This document shows positions 26,398-35,270 of a DNA stretch of 64,000 nt, in pieces. Source of the DNA: Nanobdellota archaeon (lineage in GTDB: Archaea; Aenigmatarchaeota; Aenigmatarchaeia; QMZP01); assembly GCA_043814765.1 (NCBI GenBank), contig JBDRJQ010000029.1, positions 80,821 through 144,820 of the forward strand, written 5' to 3'. Position 1 is the stretch's first letter; each line of letters opens with the position of its first letter. Both the position numbers and the translations under genes were made by a program. The notes under the pieces were generated by a model. That model was not told where the DNA came from and ran no database searches. It saw only the letters and a program-made list of their open reading frames with translations.

Positions 26398-28575
26398 ATG
26401 AAAATAAAGGGCTTTAGAAAAATGTCTCTAATAGACTATCCTGGCAAAACTTGCTCTATAGTTTTCTTGGGCGGATGCAATTTCAAATGCCCGTTTTGTC
26501 AAAATCCGGATTTAATATGCAATGTTGATAAAATACCGGACATATCTGAAGATGAAATATTAAACTACATAAAAGGGAAAAGGAAGTGGATTGATGGTGT
26601 CTGTATGAGTGTGGCCAAAGATGAAAGAGTATTAATTAAAGAAAATAAAAATTTAAAAAACATACCAATCGAGATGCTTTGGAATGAAAATAAAAAAACA
26701 ACATATCTGAGAAAATTCGAGTCACAAAAATGTGATAAAATTGAAGCTTTAACATTAAATCATAAATTTCAAAAAGTAAATGAAATAATAAGACATAAAA
26801 CCAAAGAAATATATAATATATTTTTGACTACCGGATATAAAGTTTCTGCTACTGGCAGTCATAGTGTTTTTACACTATCAAAAAATGGGTTTATAACCAA
26901 AAATGTTTCTGAACTGAAAACAAAAGACTATTTACTGACACCTAAAAAAATAGTGAATGACAATATTATTAAAAGAATAAATATTTCAAATTATTTTGAG
27001 CAGGAATTAAAAAAATCAAAAAAAGAAATGCTTAAAAGAAAGTATTATTGGATTAAAATAATAAAAAATATTTTTAAATCAAAAATTAGTTATATTGAAG
27101 CTGCCAATAAATATAAAGTTAACAGGCATACTATTGTGAGGTATATAAATGCATACAAATTAGGTAAACTTGAAGAGTTTTGTTATAACTCTAAACCAAA
27201 CTTATTATGGATTAAAAATGATTTTCTGTGGGTTGGAAAGAATAAGATAATGCGCACAAAAATTTCAGTAACAAAAGAGCTTGCAGAATTTTTAGGTTAT
27301 ACTGTAGCGGAAGGCTCTTTACGTAAGAAATCTTATACACTTTCTTTAGGTGATGAACCAAAACTGGCAGAAAGAGTACTTAGTTTATACAGAAAAATAT
27401 TCAAATCAAATAAAGGGGTTATTAGAAAACGGAAGTCTAAAACAGGTAATCACCAATATAGTATAATCTTTGGTGGTAAATACGTTGGTATGTTACTTGA
27501 TAAGATTGTGGGTCATTTAGCTGTAAATAAAAAGATACCGGAAATTATATTCAACACAACCAAAACAAATCAGCGTGCGTTTATTGTTGCATTAAATGTA
27601 GGTGATGGTCATATAAGAGAAAGGATAACAAACTCTTCTGAAGAGTTCAGTATTAAAACTATAAGTAAGCAACTGGTATGTGATTTAATTATTCTTTTAA
27701 AATTTTTTGGAATACATGCACTTATTACTGAAGAGAAAGAAAAATATAATCAAAAGAGATCCTACAAAATACATTTTCATGGTAATCAATACCAAAAGTT
27801 GAATTTAAAAAGGAAAGTAAAAACTAAATATTCATTTTTAACTAACATAGAAGGTATACCAAAAGAATTTTTGGATATGAAAGATCATATCAAATATAAA
27901 AAACAAAATAGAATAAACTCAGATGATGTTCCATTAAAATATAGAAATAAAGTATACGAAATAGCAAAAAAATGGAATATACTAAAAATTAAAAAAATAA
28001 CAAAAAACAGAACAAATTTATATGTATATGATCTTGTTGTACCTGGTAATAATTCTTTTATCGGCGGTTTAGGACCGATTTTATTACATAACACAGGTGG
28101 TGAACCAACATTATACAATAATCTTCCTGAATTCATTAAAAAAATAAAAGATATGGGTTTTTTGGTAAAACTTGATACAAACGGCTCTAATCCAGAAATA
28201 CTAAAAAATCTCATAGACAAGAAACTTGTTGATTACATAGCAATGGATATAAAAGCCTCGCTAGAAAGATACAGCGAAGCTTCTGGGTGCGATGTTAACT
28301 TAGATGACATTAAGAAGAGTGTAGATATTATAAGAAAAAGCGGTGTTGATTATGAGTTTAGAACCACTATACTTCCAAGACTCTTCACAAAAGATGATGC
28401 GATAAAAATTGGGAAATGGCTCAATGGATCAAAAAGATTTTTTCTTCAGCAATTCAGGCCAATGATAACATTGGACAGGTCTTTTGAGAATGAAAATTCA
28501 TACAGTAAAAAAGAGTTGAGAGAGATAGCAGAGATTATGAAACCATATTTTGATTTAGTCGTTATACGAGACTGA
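26398..28575 (+). CDS. nrdG: Anaerobic ribonucleotide reductase activating protein (radical SAM), interrupted by an intein
   Basis: CNFKCPFCQN (CxxxCxxC) cluster motif. GGEPTL follows the intein. The two exteins total about 229 aa. Confidence 0.88.
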   Translation: MKIKGFRKMSLIDYPGKTCSIVFLGGCNFKCPFCQNPDLICNVDKIPDISEDEILNYIKGKRKWIDGVCMSVAKDERVLIKENKNLKNIPIEMLWNENKKTTYLRKFESQKCDKIEALTLNHKFQKVNEIIRHKTKEIYNIFLTTGYKVSATGSHSVFTLSKNGFITKNVSELKTKDYLLTPKKIVNDNIIKRINISNYFEQELKKSKKEMLKRKYYWIKIIKNIFKSKISYIEAANKYKVNRHTIVRYINAYKLGKLEEFCYNSKPNLLWIKNDFLWVGKNKIMRTKISVTKELAEFLGYTVAEGSLRKKSYTLSLGDEPKLAERVLSLYRKIFKSNKGVIRKRKSKTGNHQYSIIFGGKYVGMLLDKIVGHLAVNKKIPEIIFNTTKTNQRAFIVALNVGDGHIRERITNSSEEFSIKTISKQLVCDLIILLKFFGIHALITEEKEKYNQKRSYKIHFHGNQYQKLNLKRKVKTKYSFLTNIEGIPKEFLDMKDHIKYKKQNRINSDDVPLKYRNKVYEIAKKWNILKIKKITKNRTNLYVYDLVVPGNNSFIGGLGPILLHNTGGEPTLYNNLPEFIKKIKDMGFLVKLDTNGSNPEILKNLIDKKLVDYIAMDIKASLERYSEASGCDVNLDDIKKSVDIIRKSGVDYEFRTTILPRLFTKDDAIKIGKWLNGSKRFFLQQFRPMITLDRSFENENSYSKKELREIAEIMKPYFDLVVIRD
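26602..28092 (+). mobile_element. Intein (497 aa) with a LAGLIDADG homing endonuclease and HTH region, inserted in NrdG just before the GGEP motif
   Basis: Host WIDGV|C...LLHN|TGGEPTL. Cys1, block B TGSH, LAGLIDADG motifs LAEFLGYTVAEGS and FIVALNVGDGH, block F VYDLVVPGNNSFI, terminal His-Asn with Thr at +1. Confidence 0.85.
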
Positions 28576-28664
28576 ACTTACGACAAAAAGCTGAATTCCT
28601 GCGATAACTATAAATATTCGCTATTCGTTAAGATAACAAATATTATGTTAAGTAGGGGGGTTAT

Positions 28665-28850
28665 ATGCCAAAACCTGTTATAGACTATGATAAATGCACT
28701 CTATGCAGTACATGCATAGACATGTGCCCAATAGAAGTCTTTGCAAAGGAAGATGAAAAAGTTGTTGTAAAACAACCGGATAAATGTATAGGCTGCAGGG
28801 CATGCGAAGCCCAGTGTCCAGTAGAAGCAATAAAAATAATAGAACAATGA
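28665..28850 (+). CDS. 2x[4Fe-4S] ferredoxin
   Basis: Two CxxCxxCxxxCP motifs (CTLCSTCIDMCP and CIGCRACEAQCP) in 61 aa. Confidence 0.85.
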   Translation: MPKPVIDYDKCTLCSTCIDMCPIEVFAKEDEKVVVKQPDKCIGCRACEAQCPVEAIKIIEQ

Positions 28851-28854
28851 TACT

Positions 28855-29079
28855 ATGTCTAAAATAACTAAGAAAACTACCATAGGAGAAGCTGTGGAGA
28901 AATGCCCAGAGATAGCTAAAGTCATGCTTAAGCATGGTCTTCACTGCATTGGTTGCGCTGTTGCTACATGGGAGACCATAGAACAGGGTGCAAAACGTCA
29001 TGGTTTAGATGAAAAGGATATAGACAAGATGATTCTAGAAATAAACGAAGTTGTTATTGAAGCCAAAAAGAAGAAATAG
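28855..29079 (+). CDS. DUF1858 (hybrid-cluster-protein-associated redox disulfide) domain protein
   Basis: TIGEAVEKCPEIAKVMLKHGLHCIGCAVATWETIEQGAKRHG is the typical DUF1858 signature with CxxC. Confidence 0.7.
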   Translation: MSKITKKTTIGEAVEKCPEIAKVMLKHGLHCIGCAVATWETIEQGAKRHGLDEKDIDKMILEINEVVIEAKKKK

Positions 29080-29090
29080 TTTTATTAATT

Positions 29091-29132
29091 TTATGTTTAA
29101 CGATAGCTTTATTATGTTTAACGATAGCTTTA
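29091..29132. repeat. Perfect tandem direct repeat, 2 x 21 bp (TTATGTTTAACGATAGCTTTA), in the promoter of the HTH/Cys regulator
   Basis: Unit 1 is 29091-29111 and unit 2 is 29112-29132, identical base for base. The second unit runs into a TTTAAATA TATA-like element about 25 nt upstream of ATG 29159. Confidence 0.9.
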
Positions 29133-29141
29133 AATACTAAT

Positions 29142-29156
29142 CTTAACAACGTTAAG
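29142..29156. promoter_or_regulatory. Palindrome CTTAAC-AAC-GTTAAG immediately upstream of ATG 29159
   Basis: Six-bp arms with a 3-nt spacer. It shares the TTAACG core with the 21-bp repeats. Confidence 0.45.
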
Positions 29157-29158
29157 TT

Positions 29159-29524
29159 ATGCCTAAGAAAGCGGGTTTGAATCTGCCACAAGAGATAGAA
29201 GTTTGGTATGTTTTGCCTGCAATACGAAAAGAATTTACTCTAAGAATGATTAAAGGTGGAATGAAGCAAAAGGATGCTGCAGAAAAACTTGGCATAACAG
29301 AAGCTGCTGTATCCCAGTATGTTAATAAAAAAAGAGCTTCTGAAGTTAAACTTGATGACAAAATATTAAAGGAAATAAGCGGCTCTGTTAAACAGATTTT
29401 AAAGGGAGCAAGTGTAATAAACGAAATACAAAAAATATGCCATCTCATAAAAAGCGAAGGATGTCTTTGCGACATTCATAGAAAGTACGGAAACCCGCCT
29501 AAAGATTGTAAAATATGCGTATGA
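29159..29524 (+). CDS. Putative transcriptional regulator: an HTH plus a C-terminal five-cysteine cluster
   Basis: HTH MKQKDAAEKLGITEAAVSQYVNKK. C-terminal C-x7-C-x-C-x12-C-x2-C (ICHLIKSEGCLCDIHRKYGNPPKDCKIC). The stop is 9 nt before nifS. Confidence 0.6.
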   Translation: MPKKAGLNLPQEIEVWYVLPAIRKEFTLRMIKGGMKQKDAAEKLGITEAAVSQYVNKKRASEVKLDDKILKEISGSVKQILKGASVINEIQKICHLIKSEGCLCDIHRKYGNPPKDCKICV

Positions 29525-29532
29525 GGTAAGAT

Positions 29533-30672
29533 ATGAAAATTTACATGGATCATGCTGCCACAACAAACGTGGCAAAAGAAGTTTTGGAAGCAATGAAGCC
29601 GTATTTCACTGAAGAGTATGGAAATCCAAATTCGCTTCATTTGTTTGGCCAGAATGCCGCAAGATTTCTTGAAGAAAGCAGAACAAAAATAGCAAAAATC
29701 ATTAACGCATCACCAGAAGAAATAGTATTCACATCAGGGGGTTCAGAGTCAGACAACACTGTTTTGAAGGGAACACTAAAAAAAGGCGATCATTTAATAA
29801 CATCAGCTATTGAACATCCTGCCATGAGGGAAACTGCAAAACACCTTGAGAATTTGGGTGTAGAAGTGACATTTTTGCCTGTTGATAAAGAAGGATTTAT
29901 CTCAATAAAGGATCTTGAAAAATCAATTAAAAAGAACACTAAACTGGTGTCAATAATGCATGCAAATAATGAAATTGGTACAATAGAACCTATAGAAGAA
30001 ATAGGTAAGATATGCAAAAAACATGATATTTTGTTTCATACAGATGCTGTGCAGAGCTTCTGCAAGATTCCGATAGACGTTCAGAAGATGGACATTGACA
30101 TGCTTTCTGCTTCATCTCATAAGATATACGGACCGAAAGGGGTTGGTTTGTTATATGTGAAAAAAGGAACTGATATGACGCCTCTTATACACGGCGGTGG
30201 CCAGGAAAGTGGAATGCGGTCAGGCACTGTAAATGTTGCAGGCATTGTTGGGTTTGCAAAAGCAGCAGAAATCTCCGCTGTGGAAATGAAAGATAAAAAA
30301 ATCAAAAACATGAGAAACAAATTGATAAATGAATTGCTTAAGGTGGAGGATTCGTGGCTCAATGGTCCTGAAGGCGATAAAAGGCTACCAAATAACATTA
30401 ACCTGGGTTTTGATTATATAGAAGGCGAAGCCTTGATACTTCGGCTTAATGATAAAGGTATAGCAGCTTCAACAGGTTCTGCGTGTTCAAGCAAATCATT
30501 AAGGCCTTCTCATGTACTGCTTGCAATTGGGCTTAAGCCACAAAAAGCACATGGAAGCCTCAGATTAACTCTTGGAAGAGACAATACGAACAAAGAAATA
30601 GATTATGTTATCAAAAATGTTAAAGAAGTAGTTGAAGAGCTAAGAAAGATAAGTCCACTTTACAAAGAATAA
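29533..30672 (+). CDS. nifS: Cysteine desulfurase (NifS/IscS class)
   Basis: PLP-lysine motif SSHKIYGPKG, active-site GSACSS, and the typical N-terminus YMDHAATT. Confidence 0.92.
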   Translation: MKIYMDHAATTNVAKEVLEAMKPYFTEEYGNPNSLHLFGQNAARFLEESRTKIAKIINASPEEIVFTSGGSESDNTVLKGTLKKGDHLITSAIEHPAMRETAKHLENLGVEVTFLPVDKEGFISIKDLEKSIKKNTKLVSIMHANNEIGTIEPIEEIGKICKKHDILFHTDAVQSFCKIPIDVQKMDIDMLSASSHKIYGPKGVGLLYVKKGTDMTPLIHGGGQESGMRSGTVNVAGIVGFAKAAEISAVEMKDKKIKNMRNKLINELLKVEDSWLNGPEGDKRLPNNINLGFDYIEGEALILRLNDKGIAASTGSACSSKSLRPSHVLLAIGLKPQKAHGSLRLTLGRDNTNKEIDYVIKNVKEVVEELRKISPLYKE

Positions 30673-30677
30673 TTAAG

Positions 30678-30980
30678 GTGATATTAATGGTAGATAATGC
30701 AAAAAGCGGTGTAAAAAAGATGATTAACAGAAAGCTCATAATTGGAATCATATTTGTTGTTGCGGGTTTCTTTTTGTTACAATACGTATTCACCAGCGAA
30801 TGTCAGATTGAAAATATAGGAGCTGCTATAATGGGACAGTCGATAGATGTTGAGCTCGGCTTCCTTGAAAGGCTTTTATGCAATGCAACAACCTTTCCGA
30901 ACATATTCCTTTGGTTGGTTGGTCTGGCAATGATATTTCCTGGTGTAAGTGGAATATTCAAAGGTTTAACTGCTGATTAA
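30678..30980 (+). CDS. Small membrane protein (hypothetical) between nifS and nifU
   Basis: Two predicted TM helices. The start is uncertain (GTG 30678 or ATG 30687). Confidence 0.4.
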   Translation: MILMVDNAKSGVKKMINRKLIIGIIFVVAGFFLLQYVFTSECQIENIGAAIMGQSIDVELGFLERLLCNATTFPNIFLWLVGLAMIFPGVSGIFKGLTAD

Positions 30981-31011
30981 AATGAAGATATAGAAGAAAG
31001 GAGTTTAGTGT

Positions 31012-31398
31012 ATGTATTCAGAAAAAGTTATGGAGCACTTTCGCAATCCGCACAATATGGGTAAAATGAAAGACCCAGATGGTGTGGGTAAAGTAGGAAA
31101 TCCTGTCTGTGGCGATATGATGGTTATCTACATAAAAATAGGTAGAGATAAAATCGGTAAAGAAATAATTGACGACATAAAAGTTGAAACATTCGGATGT
31201 GTCGCAGCCATTGCAACTTCATCAGTACTAACAGATATTGTCAAAGGTAAAACACTAGAATATGCAAAAGGGATAACTAACAAAGATGTAGCGAATGCAT
31301 TAGAAAAACTTCCACCATTAAAAATGCACTGTTCAAATCTGGCAGCAGACGCATTAAAAGAAGCTATAAAGGATTACGAGAGCAAGAATAAAAAGTAG
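31012..31398 (+). CDS. iscU: Fe-S cluster assembly scaffold, IscU/NifU N-terminal-domain type
   Basis: Three conserved Cys in context (NPVCGD, FGCVAAIA, MHCSNL). 128 aa. Confidence 0.9.
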   Translation: MYSEKVMEHFRNPHNMGKMKDPDGVGKVGNPVCGDMMVIYIKIGRDKIGKEIIDDIKVETFGCVAAIATSSVLTDIVKGKTLEYAKGITNKDVANALEKLPPLKMHCSNLAADALKEAIKDYESKNKK

Positions 31399-31424
31399 AA
31401 AAATAATATGTTTTAGGTGACGAT

Positions 31425-32519
31425 ATGATTTTGAAAGAACGTATGGATGAATTCGGACCAGAAAAAATTTTACAAGTTTACGATCCTAAAACAGGAATGA
31501 AAGGGTTTACTGTTATTGATAATACTGCCCGTGGACCAGGAAAGGGCGGCATTAGAATGACTCCAACAGTAACTATTGATGAAGTTTTTCGTTTAGCAAG
31601 AGCTATGACATGGAAATGCGCTCTGGCTGATTTGCCTTTTGGTGGTGGAAAATCTGGAATAGTTGCAGATGATAAAAAAATGTCTAAGAAGGAAAAAGAA
31701 AACATAGTAAAGGCTTTCGCAAAGAGTATAAAGATTATAGCGCCAGAAGTTTATGTTGCTGCTCCTGACATGAACATGGCTGAAGAGGAGATGAGAATAA
31801 TATCAAACACGATTGGTTCAAAGAAAGCCGTGACAGGAAAGCCAAAAGATATGGGAGGGCTACCACACGAACTGGGTTCGACTGGTTTTGGTGTATATCA
31901 TGCAACCTTGGTTGCAATAGAGCATCTGGGTTTAGATGTTAAAAATTTAACTTTTTCAGTAGAGGGGTTTGGTAATGTTGGTGTTTTTGCCGCAAAGTTT
32001 TTAACAGAGAAAGGAGCTAAACTAGTTGCCGCATCAGACTCAAAAGGAGTTGCTTATAATAAAAATGGCATTAACTTCAAGGAGCTTAAGGAAACAAAAG
32101 AAAAAACAGGCTCTGTAATAAACTATCCTAAATGCGAAAAGAAGAAATGCGAAGAAATAATCTCCATCCCTGTTGATGTTTTGGTGACAGCTGCTATACC
32201 TGATTTAATAAAAGACAAAGACATCGATAAGGTAAAAGCAAAAATAATAGTACAGGGATCAAACATACCAATGTCATTTAAAGCTGAAGAAAGATTTCAT
32301 AAGAAAGGCGTTCTTATAATTCCGGATTTTGTTGCTAATGCAGGTGGAGTTATATCATCATATGTAGAATATATCGGTGGCTCTGAGAAAAAAATGTTTG
32401 AAATGGTAGAAGATAAAATAAGAAAAAACACAAAACTGGTATTGGATCGAGCCAAAAAGAAAAATATTAAACCACGCGACGCAGCAATGGAAATAGCCAT
32501 TGAAAGGGTTAAGAAATAG
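31425..32519 (+). CDS. Glu/Leu/Phe/Val dehydrogenase-family amino-acid dehydrogenase (short, 364 aa)
   Basis: Catalytic-lysine motif LPFGGGKSGI and Rossmann motif GFGNVG. The length is closer to Leu/Val dehydrogenases than to a hexameric GDH, so the substrate is uncertain. Confidence 0.8.
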   Translation: MILKERMDEFGPEKILQVYDPKTGMKGFTVIDNTARGPGKGGIRMTPTVTIDEVFRLARAMTWKCALADLPFGGGKSGIVADDKKMSKKEKENIVKAFAKSIKIIAPEVYVAAPDMNMAEEEMRIISNTIGSKKAVTGKPKDMGGLPHELGSTGFGVYHATLVAIEHLGLDVKNLTFSVEGFGNVGVFAAKFLTEKGAKLVAASDSKGVAYNKNGINFKELKETKEKTGSVINYPKCEKKKCEEIISIPVDVLVTAAIPDLIKDKDIDKVKAKIIVQGSNIPMSFKAEERFHKKGVLIIPDFVANAGGVISSYVEYIGGSEKKMFEMVEDKIRKNTKLVLDRAKKKNIKPRDAAMEIAIERVKK

Positions 32520-32520
32520 T

Positions 32521-33099
32521 TTACTCCTTTATTTTAATTTTTCCATCTTTATTGTATATTTCAATGGCATTCCAGAAAGCAGGAACTTCGAAGTAGTCTA
32601 TCTCTTCTGATCCGGAACGAACAGTTGAGTGCCACATTATTGTTCCTTGGCTTATTACCAATACTGGTTTCTCTATTTGAGGGGCACTGTAATCACTGTG
32701 TTCTATCATTAATGAATAAGCATCATTTTCTGTGTTCATAAACATATTCTCCATTGGCCGTGCAAACTTTGTATAAACAGGCGGTCTATCAAAAGAGGTT
32801 TCATGCGTTTCCACGTAACCTGTAATCATCCCATCATCTGTTTGAAAAGATATTAGCCAAATCGTTGGTTCTGTCCTTTCGTTGTTTAGCACTACATATA
32901 TATCCTTTACTTTAGCACCAGGAAACTGATTCTTTCCTTCTTCTGTAGCGAGCCATTTTTCTGAATCTTCGCGCAGGCCATTAATTATAGGGTCTCCTAC
33001 AATGAATCCGCTAATAGTAATTCCACTAAAGATTATTAGAATCGTTAATACCGCAACAAAGGAAACTCTTTTATAATTCATCAACACACCCTTTATCAA
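32521..33099 (-). CDS. Membrane-anchored hypothetical protein
   Basis: N-terminal TM anchor (VSFVAVLTILIIFSGITISGFIV). No recognisable family. Confidence 0.45.
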   Translation of the reverse strand: MIKGVLMNYKRVSFVAVLTILIIFSGITISGFIVGDPIINGLREDSEKWLATEEGKNQFPGAKVKDIYVVLNNERTEPTIWLISFQTDDGMITGYVETHETSFDRPPVYTKFARPMENMFMNTENDAYSLMIEHSDYSAPQIEKPVLVISQGTIMWHSTVRSGSEEIDYFEVPAFWNAIEIYNKDGKIKIKE

Positions 33100-33117
33100 T
33101 TATTGTTATTATTTAAA

Positions 33118-33504
33118 TTATTTTTTTTCTACTAAAACTGCGTTTATAGCTCCATGCTGACCCGGACGAGATGTAACACGTGCTAGGCCCAAATCCGTTT
33201 TTATCACAGCACCATGTGTTATTACATTTCTTCTGACATAATGCAAATTTGCCTTATTTTCTTCAACAGATATTATTTTTGTTTTTTGCATTTTTTTTGT
33301 CTTTGGATCGAAAACATTAGCACTATCCGCAGAAAGTACTTTTGCTTTTGTGTTGCCTCCTAATGTTCTTTGTACTTTGGTTCTTTTCTTACCTATTTTT
33401 GTATCTAAGAAAACTGAACCGCGTTCAAAGGCCTTCTTTTTTCTTTTCTTCTTAACCAGGCCACTTGTAGACTTTCTCTTAGATTTTAAATGCCATATTG
33501 CCAT
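33118..33504 (-). CDS. rps8e: 30S ribosomal protein S8e
   Basis: MAIWHLKSKRKSTSG...KKRKKK is the eS8 signature. 128 aa. Confidence 0.9.
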   Translation of the reverse strand: MAIWHLKSKRKSTSGLVKKKRKKKAFERGSVFLDTKIGKKRTKVQRTLGGNTKAKVLSADSANVFDPKTKKMQKTKIISVEENKANLHYVRRNVITHGAVIKTDLGLARVTSRPGQHGAINAVLVEKK

Positions 33505-33593
33505 ACGATCTAATCCATTAATTATATCTGATTATTGTATTGATGACGACCTATGTCGTCTATTTGTATGTAACTCTCTTGTATAGGGATTAT

Positions 33594-33806
33594 ATGGGTA
33601 TTATGCTTATAAATATTCTACTCTTTTTATTGATTATGGAAGCAAAATTGGTAATGTTGTTATTTGGTGTAATTATTATAATATTTGGTATAGGAATTGG
33701 TATTTTTGGTGGAAATTTGAACCCAGACTTGCCTACCGGAGCTCCTTTAATGATTTTAGCTGGTATAATTTTGGCTGTTCTTTCACAAATGTCTATGGAC
33801 AGCTAA
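33594..33806 (+). CDS. Small hydrophobic protein (hypothetical)
   Basis: Two to three TM helices. Start moved to the internal ATG at 33594. Weak support. Confidence 0.3.
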   Translation: MGIMLINILLFLLIMEAKLVMLLFGVIIIIFGIGIGIFGGNLNPDLPTGAPLMILAGIILAVLSQMSMDS

Positions 33807-33909
33807 ATACGTACGTAGAAGCTTTATATAATCATTCTACAAAATAATGATATTCGGTGATTGTTACCGGTTGTGGTTTTCATCGTCTTAAAAATAAAGG
33901 TGTGATAAA

Positions 33910-34125
33910 ATGCAGAGACCATTGGATGTACTTGGAAGTTCAGTTGACAAAAATATAATAGTGAAGACAAAAGGCGGACAGGACGTAGTTGGAATATTGA
34001 AAGCCTTTGATTCGCACATAAATATTTGGCTTGACGACGCAACAATCCAGGGAGAAAAGGAAATAAAAATTGGTAAAGTACTTATTAGGGGAGACAGCAT
34101 AGTTTACATTTCTCCAGGCAAATAA
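33910..34125 (+). CDS. Sm-like (LSm) archaeal protein
   Basis: Sm1/Sm2 motifs (VKTKGGQDVVGILKAFDSHINIWLDDA ... VLIRGDSIVYI). The LSm-L37e gene pair is conserved in archaea. Confidence 0.9.
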   Translation: MQRPLDVLGSSVDKNIIVKTKGGQDVVGILKAFDSHINIWLDDATIQGEKEIKIGKVLIRGDSIVYISPGK

Positions 34126-34156
34126 ACCTTTTAAGAATGTGGACAGGTAATTAGAT

Positions 34157-34348
34157 ATGACAAAAGGAACTCCTTCTAAGGGTAAACACAACAAAAAGAC
34201 TCATATAGCATGTAGAAGATGCGGGAAGCGCACATATCATATAAGGCATAAAGAATGTTCTGCATGCGGTTTTGGCAGAGCCAAGAAAATCAAAAAACTC
34301 GGTTCTTCACGAAAACTTGCTCTAGGAAAGGGCAACAGAAAAAAATAA
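34157..34348 (+). CDS. rpl37e: 50S ribosomal protein L37e
   Basis: [28 protein letters not shown]...CSACGFG (Zn ribbon). Confidence 0.93.
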   Translation: MTKGTPSKGKHNKKTHIACRRCGKRTYHIRHKECSACGFGRAKKIKKLGSSRKLALGKGNRKK

Positions 34349-34573
34349 TCAATCTATTCTTGCGAATTTTCGTATCTCAGAAATCTTTTGTTGGTCTAAA
34401 TCAAATTCGCTGATAGTATAAAGCCTTTGAAAGCCTGGAAATGAAAGACCCCAATAATGCAAGTTTTCCAACTCTACACCCATGTCCACCAATTTGCTGG
34501 AAAAGGTTTTATAGTCCATAAAAAATGGTTTAGAAATAACATAATTCATCTCCCCACCTACTGAAGCTCCCAT
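34349..34573 (-). CDS. Hypothetical protein
   Basis: 74-aa ORF; the true start may be the internal Met at MNYVISK. No recognised family. Confidence 0.3.
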   Translation of the reverse strand: MGASVGGEMNYVISKPFFMDYKTFSSKLVDMGVELENLHYWGLSFPGFQRLYTISEFDLDQQKISEIRKFARID

Positions 34574-34634
34574 AATATATAATTAACCAAAAGATATAAA
34601 AACCATAAAAATAAAAACAGGCCTTTGAAGGCCG

Positions 34635-35270
34635 TTATTTTTTGTCTTTGGTTGTTTTCTTAACCGGTTTCTTAGCTGGCTTATCATCAGTTTCATCTTT
34701 AGGTGGATCGTTTTTACCAGGTTTAGCATTTATTCCAATGCTTTCCAGCCTTTGCCTCAGCTTTTTGAGAGCAGTATGAATATCATCTATGTTATGTGCT
34801 CCAGTGCATATAATTTTTCCTGAAGAGAAAAGTAAAAACGCAACTCTAGGCTCGCTTATCCTGTAAACCAAGCCTGGGAATTGTTCTGGTTCATATTCTG
34901 CGTTTTCCAGTGCAAATGCAATCTCTTCCAAATTTAATTTTGCATCTATTTTTGAAGAAGCTACTATGTTTTCAACCTGAATGTGAAACTTTGTTGGCAG
35001 ATCTATGCCAAGCTCTCTAACTGTATCAACAACTTTTGTCATGGCTTCCTTGGATTTGTCAATGCTTTTTGCACCTGTACAAACTATTTTTCCTGATGAG
35101 AATATCAGTGCTGCAGCACGCGGCTCTGTTGTTCTATAAACCAAGCCTGGGAATTGTTCTGGTTCATATTCTGCGTTTTCCAGTTTTGATACTATTACAT
35201 TTAGCGGTATGTCCTTGCCTAGTGAAACAAAGGCAACAACATTCTCCACTTTAACCTGAAATTCTGACAT
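34635..35270 (-). CDS. tbp: TATA-box binding protein with a basic C-terminal tail
   Basis: Two TBP repeats (ENVVAFVSLG... and ENIVASSKID...; LENAEYEPEQFPGLVYR occurs twice). GGAGG SD. Confidence 0.95.
   Translation of the reverse strand: MSEFQVKVENVVAFVSLGKDIPLNVIVSKLENAEYEPEQFPGLVYRTTEPRAAALIFSSGKIVCTGAKSIDKSKEAMTKVVDTVRELGIDLPTKFHIQVENIVASSKIDAKLNLEEIAFALENAEYEPEQFPGLVYRISEPRVAFLLFSSGKIICTGAHNIDDIHTALKKLRQRLESIGINAKPGKNDPPKDETDDKPAKKPVKKTTKDKK

Noticed and set aside
33520-33570. CUGA - 11 nt - UGAUGA followed by a GACGAC/GTCGTC hairpin, resembling an internal D'/C' pair of a C/D sRNA.
   Set aside because: No terminal C box upstream or D box downstream lies at an appropriate distance. The sequence is probably part of the rps8e promoter/5' region.
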